A stretch of 64,000 nt of DNA from a bacterium (GTDB lineage Bacteria; UBA8248): positions 480,001 through 544,000 of the forward strand of contig CBDBBI010000010.1 of the NCBI GenBank assembly GCA_965202625.1, written 5' to 3'. The position numbers were made by a program, and so were the translations under genes. This document shows, one piece after another, positions 59,492 to 64,000 of this stretch. The notes under the pieces are model-generated. The model saw nothing but the letters and a program-made list of their open reading frames with translations. It had not been told where the DNA came from and ran no database searches. Every line of letters begins with the position of its first letter. The stretch's first letter is position 1.

Positions 59492-61285
59492 ATGCGGAAC
59501 TTGAGCGATCTGCTGGAAGAAGGAAGAACCCACCATTGCGGGTCGCTTCGGGCCGCAGACGTCGGCGCCGAGGTCGTCCTCATGGGTTGGGCGGGTTCGA
59601 GCCGCGATCATGGCGGGCTGATTTTCATTGACCTGCGGGATCGCTATGGCGTCACCCAGGTGGTGGCCGATCCCTACTACGACGAGGCAGCCCACGCCCT
59701 CGCCGATCGGGTGCGCGCCGAATGGGTGCTCGCCGTTCAGGGGGTGGTTGTTGAACGCCCCGAGGGGATGGCGAACCCGAACCTCGCCACCGGTGAAATC
59801 GAGGTTCGAGTGACGAGGCTGGAAATTCTCAGCGAGGCGCGAACCCCTCCTTTTGAGATAGAAGACAACTCCGAGGCCAGCGAGACCCTGCGTCTCCAAT
59901 ACCGCTACCTCGACCTGAGACGCCCCGCCTTGCGGGAGAATTTCATCAAGAGGCACCAGGCCACCCAGGTGATTCGCAATTTCCTTACGGAAAACCAATT
60001 CGTGGACGTCGAAACACCCTTCCTCACACGGAGCACTCCCGAGGGGGCGCGGGATTATCTGGTGCCGAGTCGACTCGCGCGCGGCCACTTCTTCGCTCTT
60101 CCCCAGAGCCCGCAAATGTTCAAGCAAATTCTCATGGTCGCAGGCTTCGATCGCTACTACCAGATTGTCAAATGCTTTCGAGACGAGGACTTACGCTCCG
60201 ATAGGCAGCCGGAGTTCACGCAAATCGACGTCGAATGCTCCTTTCTGAACCAGGACACTTTTTTCGGCCTCATGGAAGGACTAGTTGCCAGAGTGTGGAA
60301 GGAAGTGAGCGGGGTGAATATAGAGACACCCTTCGATCGTGTTCCCTACGCGGAAGCGATGGCGCGATACGGAACCGACCGGCCGGATAGACGTTTTGGG
60401 ATGGAACTGGCCGCGTGCACGGACGTGGCGCAGGCGAGCGAGTTCAAAGTGTTCAGAGCGGCGGTGGAAAAGGGAGGGGCGGCCCGAGCCATGGTGGGGC
60501 CGGGGATGGCGTCAGCCTCGAGAAAGGAGATAGACGATGTCGTCGCGCGGGCGCAAGAGCTGGGCGCGGGGGGCCTCGCCTGGGCGAAGCGAACCGAACG
60601 CGGATATGAATCGAACATCACCAAGTTTTTTCTGGACGGTCAGCTGGAGGAGATTGGCGCGAGAGCGAGCGTGGAGGTCGGCGATTTGTTAATGATGGTG
60701 GCCGACGCCCCGAAGGTGAGTGCGTCTGTCCTGGGCCAGCTGCGCGAGGAGATCGCCACGCGCTTGGGCCTCGTCTCTTCAGATGATGAGAAATTTGATT
60801 TTTGCTGGATCGTGAATTTCCCCCTGCTGGAGTATGACGCGGCGGAGGGGAGATTTCGCGCGCTTCACCATCCCTTCACGGCACCTGTCGCAGAGGACGA
60901 ACCGCTTTTTGATTCCGAGCCCGGCGCCATCCGCTCCCAAGCGTACGACATGGTGGTGAACGGACATGAAATCGGCGGCGGCAGCCAGCGCATTCACCAG
61001 CGCGAGATGCAGAAAAAAATGTTCGCCGCCCTGGACATGAAAGAGGAAGAGGCGCAACGGCGCTTTGGTTTCTTCATGGAGGCGCTGGAGTTTGGGACGC
61101 CGCCCCACGGAGGAATTGCGTTCGGCCTGGATCGCATCATGATGCTCTTGCGGGGCACCTCCTCAATTCGGGACGTCATCGCGTTTCCCAAAACCCAGAA
61201 AGCCGCCTGTCTGATGACGGGCGCGCCGGCCGAGGTTGAGCGCCTCCAGCTTCGAGAGCTGGGTATCGACGGGGTGTTTCGGTAA
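59492..61285 (+). CDS. aspS: Aspartate--tRNA(Asp/Asn) ligase
   Basis: RDHGGLIFIDLRD, LPQSPQ, FRDEDLR.DRQPEFTQ, HHPFT and PPHGG motifs. Confidence 0.97.
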   Translation: MRNLSDLLEEGRTHHCGSLRAADVGAEVVLMGWAGSSRDHGGLIFIDLRDRYGVTQVVADPYYDEAAHALADRVRAEWVLAVQGVVVERPEGMANPNLATGEIEVRVTRLEILSEARTPPFEIEDNSEASETLRLQYRYLDLRRPALRENFIKRHQATQVIRNFLTENQFVDVETPFLTRSTPEGARDYLVPSRLARGHFFALPQSPQMFKQILMVAGFDRYYQIVKCFRDEDLRSDRQPEFTQIDVECSFLNQDTFFGLMEGLVARVWKEVSGVNIETPFDRVPYAEAMARYGTDRPDRRFGMELAACTDVAQASEFKVFRAAVEKGGAARAMVGPGMASASRKEIDDVVARAQELGAGGLAWAKRTERGYESNITKFFLDGQLEEIGARASVEVGDLLMMVADAPKVSASVLGQLREEIATRLGLVSSDDEKFDFCWIVNFPLLEYDAAEGRFRALHHPFTAPVAEDEPLFDSEPGAIRSQAYDMVVNGHEIGGGSQRIHQREMQKKMFAALDMKEEEAQRRFGFFMEALEFGTPPHGGIAFGLDRIMMLLRGTSSIRDVIAFPKTQKAACLMTGAPAEVERLQLRELGIDGVFR

Positions 61286-61286
61286 G

Positions 61287-62270
61287 ATGTCCGACCGTAA
61301 AAATCTCTCTCTCAACTACGGCGGCGCGCGCGAATTGGACCTCGAACAAATCCTCAGAGGGGCAGATGCGCGTCCTGAGATGCCAAGGGGGTTTCGCTCG
61401 GGCTTCGTCGCTATCATCGGACGCCCCAACGTGGGCAAATCCACTCTCCTCAACCGCATTCTCAGGAAGAAAATCGCCATCGTAACACCAAAGCCCGGAA
61501 CCACGAGACGTCGGCTTCTTGGGGTACTGAACGCCAAAGGCGCGCAGGCGGCTTTTTTCGACACCCCTGGTCTTGAGCGTCCCGCCTCGAAGCTCGGACG
61601 TTTTTTGCTTGAGGAGGTGAAGGTCGCCTGCGCGGGAGCGGACCTCCTCCTGTTCATGACAGACGACGCGAAGGGGAATGCGGATGAGAACGCGCTCGCA
61701 CTAGTTGTGGATACAGGCGTTCCGGCGTTTCTCCTCATAAACAAAGTGGATGCGATGAGGGACAAGACGAAACTCTTACCGATTCTGGCAAAATACGCCG
61801 AGGACGGTGGATTCCTGAACGTGTTTCCCGTCTCGGCCCTCAAGGGGGACAACATGGCGCCTCTGGTTCGGGAAATCCTCCGCGTCCTTCCTGAAGGCCC
61901 GAGATATTTCTCTCCCGATACGACGACGGACATCAGCGAGACCATCCTGATAGAGGAGTTCGTTAGAGAGCAGGCGTATCGGCAGCTACACAGGGAAATT
62001 CCCTATGCCGTAGCAGTACGAGTGCGCGAGATGGAACGCATCAAGGGCTCCGGCCTGTTGCGCGTCGAGGCAGAAATCTACGTGGAACGCAAGAGCCAGA
62101 GGGGCATTCTGGTGGGCAAGGGGGGCGGGCAGATCAAGAGGATCGGCGAATGCTCTAGAAAGGAGATCGAAGCGCGCCTAGGCGAGAGGATCTATTTGGG
62201 GCTAAAAGTTCGTGTCAAGCACAACTGGCGGCAGAAGGATGCTGCCCTTGAAGAGCTCGGGTATGGGTAG
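61287..62270 (+). CDS. era: GTPase Era
   Basis: GRPNVGKST, DTPG and NKVD motifs; KH domain GKGG. Confidence 0.96.
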   Translation: MSDRKNLSLNYGGARELDLEQILRGADARPEMPRGFRSGFVAIIGRPNVGKSTLLNRILRKKIAIVTPKPGTTRRRLLGVLNAKGAQAAFFDTPGLERPASKLGRFLLEEVKVACAGADLLLFMTDDAKGNADENALALVVDTGVPAFLLINKVDAMRDKTKLLPILAKYAEDGGFLNVFPVSALKGDNMAPLVREILRVLPEGPRYFSPDTTTDISETILIEEFVREQAYRQLHREIPYAVAVRVREMERIKGSGLLRVEAEIYVERKSQRGILVGKGGGQIKRIGECSRKEIEARLGERIYLGLKVRVKHNWRQKDAALEELGYG

Positions 62271-62279
62271 AATCCAGAT

Positions 62280-62468
62280 TTAGCGATTCTGGGCACGCAT
62301 TCGTTTTTTGTGCGCGGCGAGTATCTTTCTTTTGCGCTTCACGCTGGGCTTCTCATAGTATTCGCGTTTTTTGATTTCCGTGAGAATGCCCGATTTTTCA
62401 CATTGTTTTTTGAATTGCTTGAGGGCTTTGTCGATGGATTCTCCCTCGTGTACTTTCACGCCTGGCAT
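62280..62468 (-). CDS. rpsU: 30S ribosomal protein S21
   Basis: [12 protein letters not shown] and [12 protein letters not shown] motifs; RBS GGAGG. Confidence 0.96.
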   Translation of the reverse strand: MPGVKVHEGESIDKALKQFKKQCEKSGILTEIKKREYYEKPSVKRKRKILAAHKKRMRAQNR

Positions 62469-62594
62469 AAGTGTTTTGCGCCTCCCGCTGTGATATGAGG
62501 TTGTGGAATGCGACACTCAAGGTTCCTAACTATCTCTCATCCACGGGATTTCGTCAAGCCTTGATGCGAAGATATATTGTTGAGGGATGCTTTC

Positions 62595-63365
62595 TTGGCC
62601 ATTCTGACTGACGACGCCATCGTCCTGGGCGCGCGGCCATACTCGAATACGAGCCTGATAGTTACGTTTCTCACCAAACATCACGGAAAGGCACGGCTCA
62701 TGGCCAGGGGCGCGCGAGCGGCAAAAGCCAAGTCGGGTGTGGGACTGGAGCCGGCGAGTGAGAGTCATCTCGAGTGGAGCCAGCGCGGCGGCAATTTGGG
62801 CAAGATGAGAAAATGCGAGACGACCCGAATATATAGAAGGCTTTGGGAAGACTATGAAGCCATGCGCACGGCCTCGCGCCTTTTACGGGTACTGGATGCG
62901 GTTTTGGATGTCGGAGAGGGCGAAGGTGCGCACTATCAGCTGCTCAGGCTGTCGCTGGAGACGCTAGAGGGGGGCGCGCGAGCGGCGAGCATGGAGGGAG
63001 TCTTTCTTCTCATGCTGCTCAAGGCAACGGGGTTACGCCCGGTGCTCGCCTATTGCGCGGCGTGCGAAAAGATACCGGAGAGCGAGGCGGCGCGCTTTGA
63101 CCTTGCGACGGGCGAGTTGCGCTGCGCGCGCTGTCCACAGCCGCCCGCGCGGGGGATGCGCCTGCGCGGGCGGGCGGTCGCCGCGTTGCGGGAGGTTCTT
63201 CGCTTTCCTCCGGAGAAGTGCTTTTCCGTTCAATTCATCTCCTCCTTGCGGCCTGAAATCACCGATGAAATCACCAAGTGTGCGGAGGCGTTCTGGGGCT
63301 ATCATGGGGGGAGACCTCTGCCGAGGCATTCAGGCCGCCGCGCCCCTGGCCCCGCGTTGACGTAA
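62595..63365 (+). CDS. recO: DNA repair protein RecO
   Basis: AIVL..RPY, HGK...ARGAR and Zn finger CAAC...CARC motifs. Confidence 0.9.
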   Translation: MAILTDDAIVLGARPYSNTSLIVTFLTKHHGKARLMARGARAAKAKSGVGLEPASESHLEWSQRGGNLGKMRKCETTRIYRRLWEDYEAMRTASRLLRVLDAVLDVGEGEGAHYQLLRLSLETLEGGARAASMEGVFLLMLLKATGLRPVLAYCAACEKIPESEAARFDLATGELRCARCPQPPARGMRLRGRAVAALREVLRFPPEKCFSVQFISSLRPEITDEITKCAEAFWGYHGGRPLPRHSGRRAPGPALT

Positions 63366-63431
63366 TTCCGCAAGGGGGGTATTTCTCGTTCGGTGGTTTT
63401 CCCTTACCCCCCACTTTCTGGTGAGACGCGC

Positions 63432-64000
63432 GTGTTGAAACAACTATTGACCCCCATATTCGAGAGCGCGTTGGAAAGCGCACGCGCGGCGGGAGACTTG
63501 ACATCCGGGGCCGCCGTGCCGGCGTTCGTCATCGAGACGCCGCCAAATGATGCGTTTGGGGATTTCTCCTGCAACGTCGCCATGACGCTAGCTAGAGCCG
63601 AGCACATGCCGCCTCTGGCGATTGCGGGGCGAATCCTCAAGCACATCAAGGCTCCGGCGGGGCTTTTGAAGGAGGTTCGCGTCGAGAAACCAGGCTTCAT
63701 CAACCTCTATCTCGACCCTGATTTCCTATGCGCGCGCATGAAGGACGTATTGTCCGCTCCGGATGATTTTGGAAAAAACGAATCAGGAGCGGGCAAATCT
63801 GTTCACCTGGAGTTCGTGAGCGCGAACCCCACCGGCCCCCTTCACGTCGGCCACGGCCGGGGCGCCGCGCTTGGCGACGTTCTGGGCCGCCTCCTAGAGG
63901 CGTCGGGCTTCAGGGTGCACCGGGAGTATTACGTAAATGACGCGGGCAACCAGATGGAGACGCTGGGAAAATCCGCTTATGCGCGCTATTTGCAGGAGGC
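63432..64000 (+). CDS. argS: Arginine--tRNA ligase, N-terminal part (runs off window)
   Basis: Not in the ORF track: FGDFSCNVAM, PGFIN, EFVSANPTGPLHVGHGR and EYYVNDAGNQ. Confidence 0.95.
   Translation, partial: MLKQLLTPIFESALESARAAGDLTSGAAVPAFVIETPPNDAFGDFSCNVAMTLARAEHMPPLAIAGRILKHIKAPAGLLKEVRVEKPGFINLYLDPDFLCARMKDVLSAPDDFGKNESGAGKSVHLEFVSANPTGPLHVGHGRGAALGDVLGRLLEASGFRVHREYYVNDAGNQMETLGKSAYARYLQE

Noticed and set aside
1-64000. CRISPR array, tRNA or rRNA genes, integrase/prophage
   Set aside because: No regularly spaced repeats, cloverleaf motifs, rRNA signatures or phage structural genes were seen.

Overview
Chromosomal window from a Gram-negative, mostly GC-rich bacterium; I cannot assign the taxon from the sequence alone. 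Core genes are hup, miaB, a UvrD/PcrA helicase, the rimP-nusA-infB-rbfA-truB-rpsO-pnp cluster, ada, fxsA, hisS, comEC, aspS-era, rpsU, recO and a partial argS, interleaved with catabolic enzymes and several pseudogenes. An accessory zone at about 13.6-25 kb holds most of the notable features. (1) A complete 2,849-bp IS1595-family transposon (22-bp TIRs, 8-bp TSD ATGAAATA) is inserted in a methionine-synthase-II-like pseudogene. It carries a P63C protein, an outer-membrane beta-barrel gene and an unannotated promoter-structured RNA-terminator unit at its end, which is the top finding. (2) A BglII/BstYI-like restriction-modification pair has a G10 tract in its methyltransferase. (3) An AhpD/CMD-like selenoprotein (CxxU plus SECIS) is split in two by the ORF track. 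(4) An RND efflux cassette is bracketed by that gene and a decayed copy of it. An orphan hairpin array with an IS200/IS605-like end lies at about 43.4-43.7 kb. No rRNA, tRNA or CRISPR array was seen. All family calls come from motif recognition by eye, not database searches.
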